Shown here one piece after another: positions 28,631 through 37,637 of a DNA stretch of 64,000 nucleotides. Each line of letters begins with the position of its first letter. Position 1 is the first letter of the stretch. The notes under the pieces are model-generated. The model saw only the letters and a list, made by a program, of their open reading frames with translations, searched no databases and was not told the DNA's origin. Both the position numbers and the translations under genes were made by a program. This DNA is from Kofleriaceae bacterium (GTDB taxonomy: Bacteria; Myxococcota_A; Polyangia; Haliangiales; Haliangiaceae): the NCBI GenBank assembly GCA_046597055.1, contig JBKJLC010000301.1, positions 44,229 to 108,228 of the forward strand. Direction: 5' to 3'.

Positions 28631-29596
28631 CTAGCTCCCCGAAGGCTTAGCACGCGGGTGCGCCGCGTCGTAGACGGCCATCAGGTGATCGAGCGAGACC
28701 TTGGTATAGATCTGGGTCGACGACAGGCTGGCGTGACCGAGCAGCTCCTGGATGCTGCGCAGATCGACCTGCTCGTCCAGCAGGTGGGTCGCGAACGAGT
28801 GGCGCAGCGTGTGCGGCGTCGCGTGGGCGGCGACCCCCGACGCGATGCTCCAGCGCCGGGTCAGCCGCTGCACCGAGCGGGTCGTGAGCCGCTCGCCGTC
28901 GGCGTTGACGAACACCGCCGCGCCGCCGCCGCGGCCGAGCCCGGCCCGTGCCTCCTGCCACACGGCGAGCGCGCGCGCCGCGGTGTCGTGCAGCGGCACG
29001 ATGCGGGTCTTGCCGCCCTTGCCGCGCCGGACCGTGACGGTCCAGCTGCGGTAGCGATCGTGATCGAGGTCGCCGAGATCGAGCGCGCACGCCTCCGAGA
29101 CGCGCAGCCCGGCGCCGTAGAGCACCTCGAACAGCGCCTGATCGCGCAGGCGCAGCACCACCGCGCGCGCGGCCTCGCCCGGCGACAGCCGGCGCATCGT
29201 CGGGATCTTGATCCGGTGCGGCGCCTCGACCAGCGAGGTGACCTCGTCGGCGTCGAGCGCGCGGGGCAGCCCGCGCTTCTTCTTGGGACCGCGCAGCGCG
29301 GCGGCCGGGTTGCCGGCGATGACGCCCTTGCGGTGCAGCCAGCGGAAGAACGCCCGCAGCGCCGACAGCTTGCGCGCGATGGTCGCCGCGTCGTTGACGT
29401 CGAACAGGGTCGCGAGGTGGCGGCGGACCTCGATGCTGTCGACCCGCGCCAGCGCCAGCGGCTTGCCCCGGCGCGCCTCGAGCCCGCTCTGGAAGGCGGC
29501 CAGCTCGCGCAGGTAGCTCTCGACCGTCTTCGGCGAGTAGGCGCGCTCGACCGCGAGGTAAGCGCGGAACCCGTCGGTGGCCGCGGCCCAGTCCAT
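28631..29596 (-). CDS. xerC: Tyrosine recombinase XerC
   Basis: Intact catalytic set (GLRVSE, GKGGK, HTLRH, LGH, TQIYT); upstream of hslV as in the conserved xerC-hslVU-argB block. Confidence 0.92.
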   Translation of the reverse strand: MDWAAATDGFRAYLAVERAYSPKTVESYLRELAAFQSGLEARRGKPLALARVDSIEVRRHLATLFDVNDAATIARKLSALRAFFRWLHRKGVIAGNPAAALRGPKKKRGLPRALDADEVTSLVEAPHRIKIPTMRRLSPGEAARAVVLRLRDQALFEVLYGAGLRVSEACALDLGDLDHDRYRSWTVTVRRGKGGKTRIVPLHDTAARALAVWQEARAGLGRGGGAAVFVNADGERLTTRSVQRLTRRWSIASGVAAHATPHTLRHSFATHLLDEQVDLRSIQELLGHASLSSTQIYTKVSLDHLMAVYDAAHPRAKPSGS

Positions 29597-29837
29597 GGGG
29601 GCACGGTATCGCGAGGGCCAGGCCCGGGCGAGTTTCGGCCCCACCCGGCGCGGACCGTGCCCGGGTCGGGCCGGCGCGACCGCGGGGTCCGGGCGAGCTA
29701 GGCTCACGGCATGCGGACGTACCTGGTGGCGGCGCTGTCGGTGGTGCCGTCGATCGACACCCGGGTCTGCGAGGCGCAGACCCACGGGTGGGCGTCCTCG
29801 GGTCGACACGTGCTTGCCGGGTGCCACCGCCCATCGA

Positions 29838-30099
29838 CCGCTCGTCCTGAGCCCGAGCGAGCGCACGCAAGCTCGGTGTCGAAGGGCGCCCGGCGCCCCT
29901 CGGGATTGATCACAAGTCTTCATGTGATCGGAAGCGCTCACCCTTTCCCGGTGCCCTGAGCCGGCGCCGCAGGCGCCGTGTCGAAGGGCAGAGTGCCCAG
30001 GTGCCGCACGTGATCTTCGACGGGCTGCCCTTCGACGGCGGGCTCGCTTGCGCTCGCCCTGGCTCAGGGACACCGGGGAAAGATGTGCGGGATCCTGAG
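29838..30099. repeat. Second REP-like palindromic cluster (same family as 15766-16257)
   Basis: CGTCCTGAGC...GTCGAAGGG (29843-29886), GATCACAAGTCTTCATGTGATC (29908-29929), CCCTGAGC-cggcgccgcaggcgccgt-GTCGAAGGG (29954-29988) and an inverted unit at 30028-30069. 29908-30099 is near-identical to 15861-16050. Confidence 0.9.
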
Positions 30100-30107
30100 A
30101 GCCGCTG

Positions 30108-31610
30108 CTAGCGGCGGAGGAGGAGGCCGGCGCCCAGGAACCCCAGCGCCAGCAACGCGCCGGCGAGCGCGGTGTAGAGCAGCCACGGGTGGCTGCCCGG
30201 CGCCACGTCGCGCGCGGCCGCCGCCCGCGCCGGCGCGTAATCGGGCTTGAGCGCGACCGCGCGGCGGAAGCTGGCGCTGCCATCCTTGCCAGCCGCCTCG
30301 AGCGACTTGCCGAGCGCGTACTCGCGGCCGGCCTGCGCATCGATCGCGGTGGCCGCCTCGGGCGCGACGCCGTGGGCCTTGCCGTACGCGGCGGCGGCCA
30401 GGTCCCACGCCCCGGCCTGCTCGTGCTGCTTGGCGAGCGCCAGGTAGACCGGCGCGGTCTCGGCGCGCTGGGGCAGGGCCGGGTTCTCGGCGAGCAGGCG
30501 ATCGAACGCGACCGCGGCGGCCGCGAGGTCGCCGGCGTCGGCCTTGGCCCGCGCCTCGGCGAACGTGGCCTGGTCGCGCTTGCTGCGCACGTCGTCGTAG
30601 TACGCGAACAGCTCGCGCGACAGCGCGCCGAGGTCGACCGACTCTCCCTCGGTGAACACGCTGCCGAGCTGCTCCTCGGCGGTGCGCTGCAGCTCGATCT
30701 GGGCGAGCTCGCGGTAGGTGAGCCACAGCGGCGTCTCCTTCTCGGCCAGCTTGCCGCCGGGCAGCTGGAGCTTCTTCTTGGGCGCCGGCCGCGGGCGCGG
30801 CCCGGTGACGTAGTCGAGCCAGGCGTCGCGGGCCGCAGCCCGGACCCGCCAGGCATCGGCGTTGGTGTAGCGCAGCACGGTCCCGACCGCCTCGCGGTGG
30901 TGCGACTCGCCGAACGCGCGCAAGAGCGTGATCCGCAGATCCTCGTCGGACGCGGTCGCGGCCACCGCCTTGCCAGGCTCCTGCCGGTCGAGCCGCTCGA
31001 GCTGGTAGGTCGCGTAGCGCGACGTCACCTTCTGCGCGGCCTGCGACGCCTTGGTCAGCGCCGGCAGCGAGTAGGGCGCCATCTGACGCAGGCGGCGGCC
31101 GCACTCGTCGCGGTAGATCATGGTCGCCTCGACGAAGCCGACGTCGAGGATGATCTGGGCGGCCTCGACCCGGCGGGTCGCCGCCAGCGCGCGCAGCGCG
31201 GCCACGTCGGCGACCAGCTCGGCCACGCCCGGGGTCGCCGGATCGAGCTTGCCGAGCGCCGCGAGCCAGTCGAAGTCGTCGTCGGCCGTGACCTCGCCGG
31301 CCTTCTGGCGGGCCGGGGTCTCGAACTTCCCGTTCTCGTCGGGCACCGACGCCTTGATCAACCGGAGCACGGTGCGACGGTCCTCGACCGTGCTGGTGCG
31401 GGCCCGGGCCAGGAAGGCGCCGATCGCCTCGAGCGCGCGCGGCGCGATCGCGGCCAGCTCCTGGGTCTGCGCAGCCCGGTCACCCGAGCCGGCCTGGATC
31501 GCGGTCAGCAGCGCGTGGGCCCGACCGGCATCATCGGCGTCGTCGGCGGACGCGGGGCCCACGAGCGTGAGGCACAGCAGGACGACGAGGCCCGCGAGGG
31601 AGCGGAACAT
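30108..31610 (-). CDS. Secreted alpha-solenoid (HEAT/TPR) protein with C-terminal membrane anchor
   Basis: Signal peptide (ASA|DD), helical repeats, C-terminal TM ending LLLRR. Confidence 0.75.
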   Translation of the reverse strand: MFRSLAGLVVLLCLTLVGPASADDADDAGRAHALLTAIQAGSGDRAAQTQELAAIAPRALEAIGAFLARARTSTVEDRRTVLRLIKASVPDENGKFETPARQKAGEVTADDDFDWLAALGKLDPATPGVAELVADVAALRALAATRRVEAAQIILDVGFVEATMIYRDECGRRLRQMAPYSLPALTKASQAAQKVTSRYATYQLERLDRQEPGKAVAATASDEDLRITLLRAFGESHHREAVGTVLRYTNADAWRVRAAARDAWLDYVTGPRPRPAPKKKLQLPGGKLAEKETPLWLTYRELAQIELQRTAEEQLGSVFTEGESVDLGALSRELFAYYDDVRSKRDQATFAEARAKADAGDLAAAAVAFDRLLAENPALPQRAETAPVYLALAKQHEQAGAWDLAAAAYGKAHGVAPEAATAIDAQAGREYALGKSLEAAGKDGSASFRRAVALKPDYAPARAAAARDVAPGSHPWLLYTALAGALLALGFLGAGLLLRR

Positions 31611-31661
31611 GGTGGCGTTCCTAACACGCGCGGATGACGGCACCTATTCCGGGCGTCAGCG

Positions 31662-32078
31662 TCAGTGCAGGACGCGCGTGGCCGGCAAGCTGAGCGGCAG
31701 CTGATCGTCGAAGTCGATGAAGCGCAGGCCCATGCCGCGCGCGCTGCGCGGCTCGGTGCCGTGGGTCGCGTAGTTGAGGCAGAGGTGGTGCTTCACCTCG
31801 GCGCGCGCGACGATCTCGTCGTCGCAGTCGGCCATCTGGAAGTGGACCGACACCACGCTGCCGAGTGGCAGCACCTCCCCGGCCTGCACCAGCATGCCGC
31901 CGCCCGAGATGTTGCGCGCGACCGCGACGCTCTCGCCGTACAGCTCGCTCCCGACCGTGACGAAGAAGATCTTATCGAAGCGAATATGGATGCGCTTCTC
32001 GGCCGCGGTCGCGAGGGTCCCGTCGACACGGCTCAGGGCAGGCTTCATGGGGAGAAATGGTCGCATTGTTTCCCACAT
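31662..32078 (-). CDS. Stand-alone PilZ-domain protein
   Basis: EKR.H.R (RxxxR) and NIS.GG (D/NxSxxG) motifs, GMGLRF. Start uncertain. Confidence 0.85.
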   Translation of the reverse strand: MWETMRPFLPMKPALSRVDGTLATAAEKRIHIRFDKIFFVTVGSELYGESVAVARNISGGGMLVQAGEVLPLGSVVSVHFQMADCDDEIVARAEVKHHLCLNYATHGTEPRSARGMGLRFIDFDDQLPLSLPATRVLH

Positions 32079-32169
32079 GGAGTCAAAAATCCTACATGTA
32101 GGACACCGCCGTGGGAGTCCAGCGCACCGGTGCGCACTCCAGGCGCGCCACCGGCGCTACAACCGCCGG

Positions 32170-33153
32170 ATGAAGACCCTGGTCACCGGCGCGGGCGGGT
32201 TCATCGGCTCGGCGGTCGTGCGGCAACTCCTGGCCCGGGGCCGCGCGGTGCGCGCCATGCTGGCGCCGCGCGAGCCCGACGACAACGTCGCCGGGCTCGA
32301 CGTCGAGATCGTGCGCGCCGACCTGCTCGATCGCGCCGCGGTCACCGCCGCGATCGCCGGCTGCGACGTCGTCTATCACCTGGCCGCGATCTACAGCCTG
32401 TGGCTGCCCGACGAGTCGCTGATGTACCAGGTCAACGTCGAGGGCACGAAGAACGTCCTGTTCGCCGCGCTGCGCGCCGGCGTCCGCAAGGTCGTCCACA
32501 CCAGCTCGATCGCCGCGATCGGCGTGCCCGCGGCCGGTCAGCTCGCGGACGAGACCTTCGCGTTCAATCACTGGCAGGGCGGCAACGGGTACATCCGCTC
32601 GAAGTACCTGTCGGACCTGGATGCGCGCCGCTTCGCCACCGAGGGCCTGCCGGTCGTGATCGTGTGCCCGGCGTTCCCGTTCGGCGAGCGCGATCGCGGC
32701 CCGACTCCGACCGGGCGCTTCATCGTCGAGGCGCTGCACCGCCGGGTCCCCGGCTACACCGACGGTGGCTTCTGCGCGGTCGACGTCGACGACGTGGCCG
32801 CGTGTCACGTCCTCGCCGAGGAGCGCGGCGTGGTCGGCGAGCGTTACCTCGCCGGCGGCCACAATCTCACGTACCGCGAGTTCTACGCGGCGGTGACCCG
32901 CATCGCCGGGCTGCCGCCGATCCGGCGGCGCCTGCCGACCTCGGCGGTGCTCGCGATGGCCTGGCTCATGGAGCAGCGGGCGCGCCGCGGTGGACCGCCG
33001 CCGCGGATCACGGTGAAGGCCGCGCGCTACGCGATGTCGACCGCCTGGTACGACGCGTCGAAGGCGCGCCGCGAGCTGGGCATGCCGTCGACCCCGCTCG
33101 AGCAGACCATCGAGAAGGCGGTCCGCTGGTTCCGCGATCACGGCACGCGCTGA
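32170..33153 (+). CDS. NAD-dependent epimerase/dehydratase (HpnA/dihydroflavonol-reductase-like)
   Basis: LVTGAGGFIG, HLAA, NVEGT, HTSS, YIRSK, PTPTG, VDVDDVA..H. Confidence 0.9.
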   Translation: MKTLVTGAGGFIGSAVVRQLLARGRAVRAMLAPREPDDNVAGLDVEIVRADLLDRAAVTAAIAGCDVVYHLAAIYSLWLPDESLMYQVNVEGTKNVLFAALRAGVRKVVHTSSIAAIGVPAAGQLADETFAFNHWQGGNGYIRSKYLSDLDARRFATEGLPVVIVCPAFPFGERDRGPTPTGRFIVEALHRRVPGYTDGGFCAVDVDDVAACHVLAEERGVVGERYLAGGHNLTYREFYAAVTRIAGLPPIRRRLPTSAVLAMAWLMEQRARRGGPPPRITVKAARYAMSTAWYDASKARRELGMPSTPLEQTIEKAVRWFRDHGTR

Positions 33154-33305
33154 GCGCGAGGCTGGGAAGCGAACGCTGCACGGCCGCCGGGCGTTGCCCA
33201 GGCGCTCGACTGCCAGGGTCGCGCGGCGTCAGCACCAGCCCGGTGGGCGGCTCGCCCACACACGTCGAGCTGGCTCCAGCCCCGAGGCTGCGTTACCTTC
33301 CGCCC

Positions 33306-34172
33306 GTGCTCCGGGGTCTCACTGCCGTCGTGGTCCGCGCGCTGATCCTGGCAGCCACCGCGATCGCCGTGCCCACCGCGGCCCGCGCCGAGGCCGCGAT
33401 GCCGTGGCTCGGCATCACCTTCGACGCCGGCTCGCCCTACGGGGCGCGGGTGATCGAGGTCCACCCCGGCACCGCCGCCGCGGCCGGCGGGCTCCAGCCC
33501 GGCGACGAGATCACCGCGGTCGGCAACGACCTCATTTACCCGACCACCGAGCTGTGGCCGCTGGTCTCCCGGTACAAGATCGGCGCGCGCCTGCCGATCA
33601 CGTTCCTGCGCGATGGCCGGCGCTTCCGGGTCGCGCCGCGGCTGACCCCGCGGCCGAGCACCGACGAGATCGTGTACCAGCGCCTGATCGATCAAGCGCT
33701 GCCGCCGCTCGAGCTGGTCGATCGCCAGGGCAGTCGGATCACCGCCGCCGAGCGCCGGCGACCGCTGGTGTGGATGATCTTCGACGTGCACTGCGACCGC
33801 TGCGCGAGCGCGGCCGCGGCCCTGTCCCAGCGGCTCGACGACGGCCCCGGCGCCGAGGCCGGGGCCGGCCCGCTCCTCCGCACCGTCCTGGTCGGCGCCC
33901 GCGAGGAGGTCGACGCCTATCTCACGCGGGTGCCCGTGGTCGGCACGGTCTGGCGCATCGACCGGGTCGATCCCAGCGCGCTCGCGCGGGCCGGGGAGGG
34001 CGGCCGTCGCCTCCTGGCCGGGCTCGATCCCCGGGTCGACGGCACCGTGCTCGTCGTCGATCACACGGGCGAGGTCACGTTCGCGACCTCGGTGTCGGCC
34101 GGGGACGCGGTCCACGACGGCGCCTGCGCCGCGGTCTCGCGCGCGGTGGTCGACTGGCGCCGCGCGCGGTGA
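33306..34172 (+). CDS. Secreted PDZ plus thioredoxin-like fold protein
   Basis: Signal peptide (ARA|EA), PWLGI...V..V.PGT.A..GGL..GD.I PDZ pattern, then CDRC (CxxC). Confidence 0.75.
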   Translation: MLRGLTAVVVRALILAATAIAVPTAARAEAAMPWLGITFDAGSPYGARVIEVHPGTAAAAGGLQPGDEITAVGNDLIYPTTELWPLVSRYKIGARLPITFLRDGRRFRVAPRLTPRPSTDEIVYQRLIDQALPPLELVDRQGSRITAAERRRPLVWMIFDVHCDRCASAAAALSQRLDDGPGAEAGAGPLLRTVLVGAREEVDAYLTRVPVVGTVWRIDRVDPSALARAGEGGRRLLAGLDPRVDGTVLVVDHTGEVTFATSVSAGDAVHDGACAAVSRAVVDWRRAR

Positions 34173-34546
34173 CCCGGCCCCGGATCGCCGCCACGCTGGC
34201 GGTGGCGCTCATGATCGCGCAGTCCATCGCGTCGTCGTTCGGGACGCTGCCGGTCTCGCCAGGGCCGTGGTTCGGCGCCGACAAGGTCGTGCACGCCGGC
34301 GCCTGGGCGGTGCTCGGCGCGTGTCTGGCGCTCGCGACCGCGCGGCCGCGGTGGACGTTCGCGCTGATCGCCGTCGCGATCGCCGTCGGCTTCGGCATCG
34401 TCGACGAGATCCATCAGGCGTACGTGCCGGGCCGTGATGCGTCCGGGCTCGACGTGCTGGCCGACCTCGGCGGCGCCTGCGCCGGAGCCGCGGTGGCCAC
34501 GTGGTATGGTCGACGACGATGGCGGTCCGCAGCTTCCGCGGGGTGA
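34169..34546 (+). CDS. VanZ-like membrane protein
   Basis: DK.VH, DE.HQ.YVPGR.AS..D.LAD; GTGA overlap with the upstream gene. Confidence 0.88.
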   Translation: MTRPRIAATLAVALMIAQSIASSFGTLPVSPGPWFGADKVVHAGAWAVLGACLALATARPRWTFALIAVAIAVGFGIVDEIHQAYVPGRDASGLDVLADLGGACAGAAVATWYGRRRWRSAASAG

Positions 34547-35058
34547 CCCCGCGCCTGGGTGAGGGCGTGTTCGTCGCCGACCACACCTCGGTGATCGGGG
34601 ATGTCGAGATCGGCCGCGACTCTTCGATCTGGTACGGCACCGTCGTGCGCGGCGATGTCATGCCGATCCGCATCGGCGCCGGCACGTCGATCCAGGACAA
34701 CTCGGTGATCCATGTGACCAGCGGCGTTGCCGGCACCACCGTCGGTGATCGGGTCACCGTGGGCCATCGGGTCATCCTCCACGCGTGCGTCGTCGAGGAT
34801 GACTGCCTGATCGGCATGGGCTCGATCATCCTCGATCGGGTCCGGATCGGCCGCGGCAGCTTTGTGGGTGCCGGTGCGCTCGTCACTCCCGGGACCGACA
34901 TCCCACCCGGGAGCTTCGTTCTCGGCAGCCCGGCGAAGGTGAAGCGCCCGACCACCGACGCCGAGCGAGCGGGCATCCTCGCCAGCGCGGCGCACTACGT
35001 CGAGTTGACCCGCAGCTACCTCGCCGATGCCTTGAATGTTGACCCCGACGTCCGATAG
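34519..35058 (+). CDS. Gamma carbonic anhydrase family protein (YrdA-like)
   Basis: VIGDV.IG..SSIW..VVRGD, IQDN.V.H, TVGH..ILHAC, LIGMG. Confidence 0.93.
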   Translation: MAVRSFRGVTPRLGEGVFVADHTSVIGDVEIGRDSSIWYGTVVRGDVMPIRIGAGTSIQDNSVIHVTSGVAGTTVGDRVTVGHRVILHACVVEDDCLIGMGSIILDRVRIGRGSFVGAGALVTPGTDIPPGSFVLGSPAKVKRPTTDAERAGILASAAHYVELTRSYLADALNVDPDVR

Positions 35059-35153
35059 CGTGGCTTCACGTGATCGGGACTGAACACGAGGCGCGGGGGC
35101 GGCCGGTAATCAGGTCGAATGGGCGAGGTCGATCCCTCGTCAGACGGCACATC

Positions 35154-36005
35154 GTGCATCACCGGCTCCTCGTGCTGTTCGCGTTCTGTGCGCTGGTGTG
35201 CGGCATGGCGACCGCGCGCGCCGACAACGTCGACGCGCTGATCCGCGATCTCAAGACCGGCTCCGATTACAAGATCCGCCTGTCGGCGGCGCTGTCGCTC
35301 GCGAAGCTCGGTGACAAGCGCGCGATCGCCGGGTTCGTGGTCGCGCTGTCCGACACCGACAAGACGGTGCGCGGCGCGGCGGCGGTCGGCCTCGGCAAGC
35401 TGGTCGACGCCAGCACGCCCAAGGGCCAGCGCGCGCAGGTCGTGAAGGCGCTCGACGCGCTGATCGGGCGCGAGACGAGCGACTCGGTGAAGAAGCAGGC
35501 CGAGAAGTCGGCGCAGATCATCCGCGCGCTCGACGGCGGCGGCGGCGGCGCGCTGACCGGCGCCGTGTTCGTCGACGTCGGACCCATGTCGGCCAAGGCC
35601 GAACCCGCGGCCAAGCTGAGGGCCCTGATGAAGAAGACGATCGAGAAGGAGTTCGGCGCCAAGGCGCAGGGGGTCATGATGATTGCGTGGCCGGGTGGTA
35701 AGTCCCCGTCGCGCAAGGACCTCGATGCCAAGAAAGTCGGCGGTTACCACGTCGACGGCACCCTCACGGAGGTCACCGTGAAAGAAAAGGGATCGTCGGC
35801 GACGGTGTCTTGTAAAGTCAGCATGTTGATCGCGACCTTCCCGGAGAAGAGCGTGTTTGGCTTCCTCAATGGCGGTGCCAGCGTGACCGCGTCGAGCGAC
35901 CCGAGCGACATCGAGCTCGCCAAGGAAGACTGCCTGAGCGCGGTCGTCTCCGACCTCGTCGCGAAGAAGATCATCCCGACCATCAAGATCAAGGCCGGCC
36001 TATGA
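35154..36005 (+). CDS. Secreted HEAT-repeat protein
   Basis: Signal peptide (ARA|DN), 'DYKIRLSAALSLAK', 'D.D.TVRGAAAVGLGK'. Confidence 0.78.
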   Translation: MHHRLLVLFAFCALVCGMATARADNVDALIRDLKTGSDYKIRLSAALSLAKLGDKRAIAGFVVALSDTDKTVRGAAAVGLGKLVDASTPKGQRAQVVKALDALIGRETSDSVKKQAEKSAQIIRALDGGGGGALTGAVFVDVGPMSAKAEPAAKLRALMKKTIEKEFGAKAQGVMMIAWPGGKSPSRKDLDAKKVGGYHVDGTLTEVTVKEKGSSATVSCKVSMLIATFPEKSVFGFLNGGASVTASSDPSDIELAKEDCLSAVVSDLVAKKIIPTIKIKAGL

Positions 36006-36841
36006 CCCAGCAGCGCGCCTACAAGCGGAGCTGGCGGAACCTGCTCATCAACAAGCGGTACCAGCTCCGGTTCACGCTGTTCATGGCCGGGCTGGCCGCG
36101 GTGCTGATGACGGCGCTCGGCTGGTGGGTGGTCCGGGTCGCCGACGAGGCGACCACGGTGGCCAAGAGCCGGACTCGCGGCACCGTGTGCCCACCGACGC
36201 CCGACCAGGCGGCGGCAGCGGCAGCCCCGACCACACCGGTCAAGGTCGACGTCGGCGAGCTCAAGATCGGGGGCGCCGGGCCGCCCCAGGAGCCGCGCCG
36301 CTCGGTGGATCTCGACGAGAGCTCGATGACCCTGACCGAGGAGGCCGCCCCGCCCCCGGTCCCGACCGCGCCCGCGTTCTCGGCGGTCGATCGCGAGCGG
36401 ATGATCCGCGCGCACGATGCGTGCGAGCTCGGCATCACCCGCCGGGTCGCCGACATCGAGGGCCACCGCCGGATGATCGTGATCGTCATGGTGGTGTCGG
36501 GCGTGCTGCTCACGCTCGGCCTCGCCGTGTTCGGCATCAAGATGACGCACAAGGTCGCCGGGCCGCTGCACAAGGTGACGCTGTACCTCGCCAAGCTGCG
36601 CGATGGCCGTTACGACAAGGTCTACGATCTGCGCAAGGGCGACCAGCTGGTCGAGTTCTACGAGCACTTCAAGCATGCCCACGCCGGCGTGATCGCGATG
36701 GAGCGTGCCGACATCGAGCGGATCAAGGCCGCGCTCGACGCCGCGGTGGCGGACGGCGTCGTGGAGCGATCGGCCGATGCGCGGGCGGCGACCGAAGCGC
36801 TGCGCGCGGTGCTCGCGCGCAAGGAGGCCTCCTTTGTCTGA
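36002..36841 (+). CDS. Two-TM HAMP-domain membrane protein (paralog 1)
   Basis: RNLLINKRYQLRF-TM...TM-THKVAGPL...LRKGDQL; no output domain. Confidence 0.8.
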   Translation: MTQQRAYKRSWRNLLINKRYQLRFTLFMAGLAAVLMTALGWWVVRVADEATTVAKSRTRGTVCPPTPDQAAAAAAPTTPVKVDVGELKIGGAGPPQEPRRSVDLDESSMTLTEEAAPPPVPTAPAFSAVDRERMIRAHDACELGITRRVADIEGHRRMIVIVMVVSGVLLTLGLAVFGIKMTHKVAGPLHKVTLYLAKLRDGRYDKVYDLRKGDQLVEFYEHFKHAHAGVIAMERADIERIKAALDAAVADGVVERSADARAATEALRAVLARKEASFV

Positions 36842-37550
36842 CCTCATCCCTCCCGCGGTGGTGGTGCAAGGCGGCAAGGTGCCCGGCGACGTGCCAGGCG
36901 GTGGCGGTGGCGGCATCGGCCAACCGCGCCGCAAGCGCCGCATGGCGAACTACCTCCTCGACAAGCGTCTGCAGCTTCGCTACGTCGTGATCGTCACGCT
37001 GGTGTCGCTCGCGATCGCCGGCACGCTCGGCTACCTCATCTACCAGCAGGAGCACCGCGCCTCGGCCGATCTGCTCGCCGGGCTCGAGGAGCTCGCCAAC
37101 GATCCGACCCTGCAGGGGTTCGATCCCGGAACCCTGCAGGAATACCAGCGCACCACGATGGCCGACATCGAGGCGCGCGACCGCACCCTGGTGCTGCAGA
37201 TGCTCGCGGTCGGCGTCGGCCTGACCGTGATCCTGTCGGGCTACCTCATCATCATGACCCACAAGGTCGCGGGGCCGCTCTACAAGGTCGGGCTCTACAT
37301 GGAGAAGATGGCCGAAGGCCACCTCCACGAGACCACGCCGCTGCGCCGCGGCGACATGCTGCAGGACTTCTACGAAGCGTTCCGCGAGGCCCACCAGGGC
37401 GTGCGCGCGCGCCTCAAGGGCGACGCCGAGGTGGTCGCAAGGTTCGTGCGCGCCACCAGCGATGCGCCCGGCGAGGTCGGGGCGGCCGCGGCCGCGGAGC
37501 TCGGGGCGCTGGCGCAGCACGCCGAGCTGCGGCGCAAATCCCTGGGCTGA
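36834..37550 (+). CDS. Two-TM HAMP-domain membrane protein (paralog 2)
   Basis: TTG 36834 with AAGGAGG RBS; NYLLDKRLQLRY-TM...TM-THKVAGPL...LRRGDML. Confidence 0.8.
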   Translation: MSDLIPPAVVVQGGKVPGDVPGGGGGGIGQPRRKRRMANYLLDKRLQLRYVVIVTLVSLAIAGTLGYLIYQQEHRASADLLAGLEELANDPTLQGFDPGTLQEYQRTTMADIEARDRTLVLQMLAVGVGLTVILSGYLIIMTHKVAGPLYKVGLYMEKMAEGHLHETTPLRRGDMLQDFYEAFREAHQGVRARLKGDAEVVARFVRATSDAPGEVGAAAAAELGALAQHAELRRKSLG

Positions 37551-37637
37551 TCCCGGCGCCCGGTGGCGAGCGCTCGGGCTCGCTGCCTTGACAGATCCGC
37601 ACGTTTGCTCGCGAGGTCGTCGTCGCTAGAGTGCGGC

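Noticed and set aside
28631..29596. Tyrosine recombinase as a prophage/island integrase
   Set aside because: XerC-like size and motifs in the conserved xerC-hslV-hslU-argB context; no att/tRNA or cargo genes.
29711..29959. 82-aa + strand ORF upstream of xerC
   Set aside because: Its second half is repeat-derived and it has no motif; at most a gene remnant.
37588..37593. Perfect TTGACA upstream of the CotH gene
   Set aside because: No -10 element at 16-18 nt spacing; the nearer TTGCTC-16-TAGAGT fits better, and neither can be verified from sequence alone.
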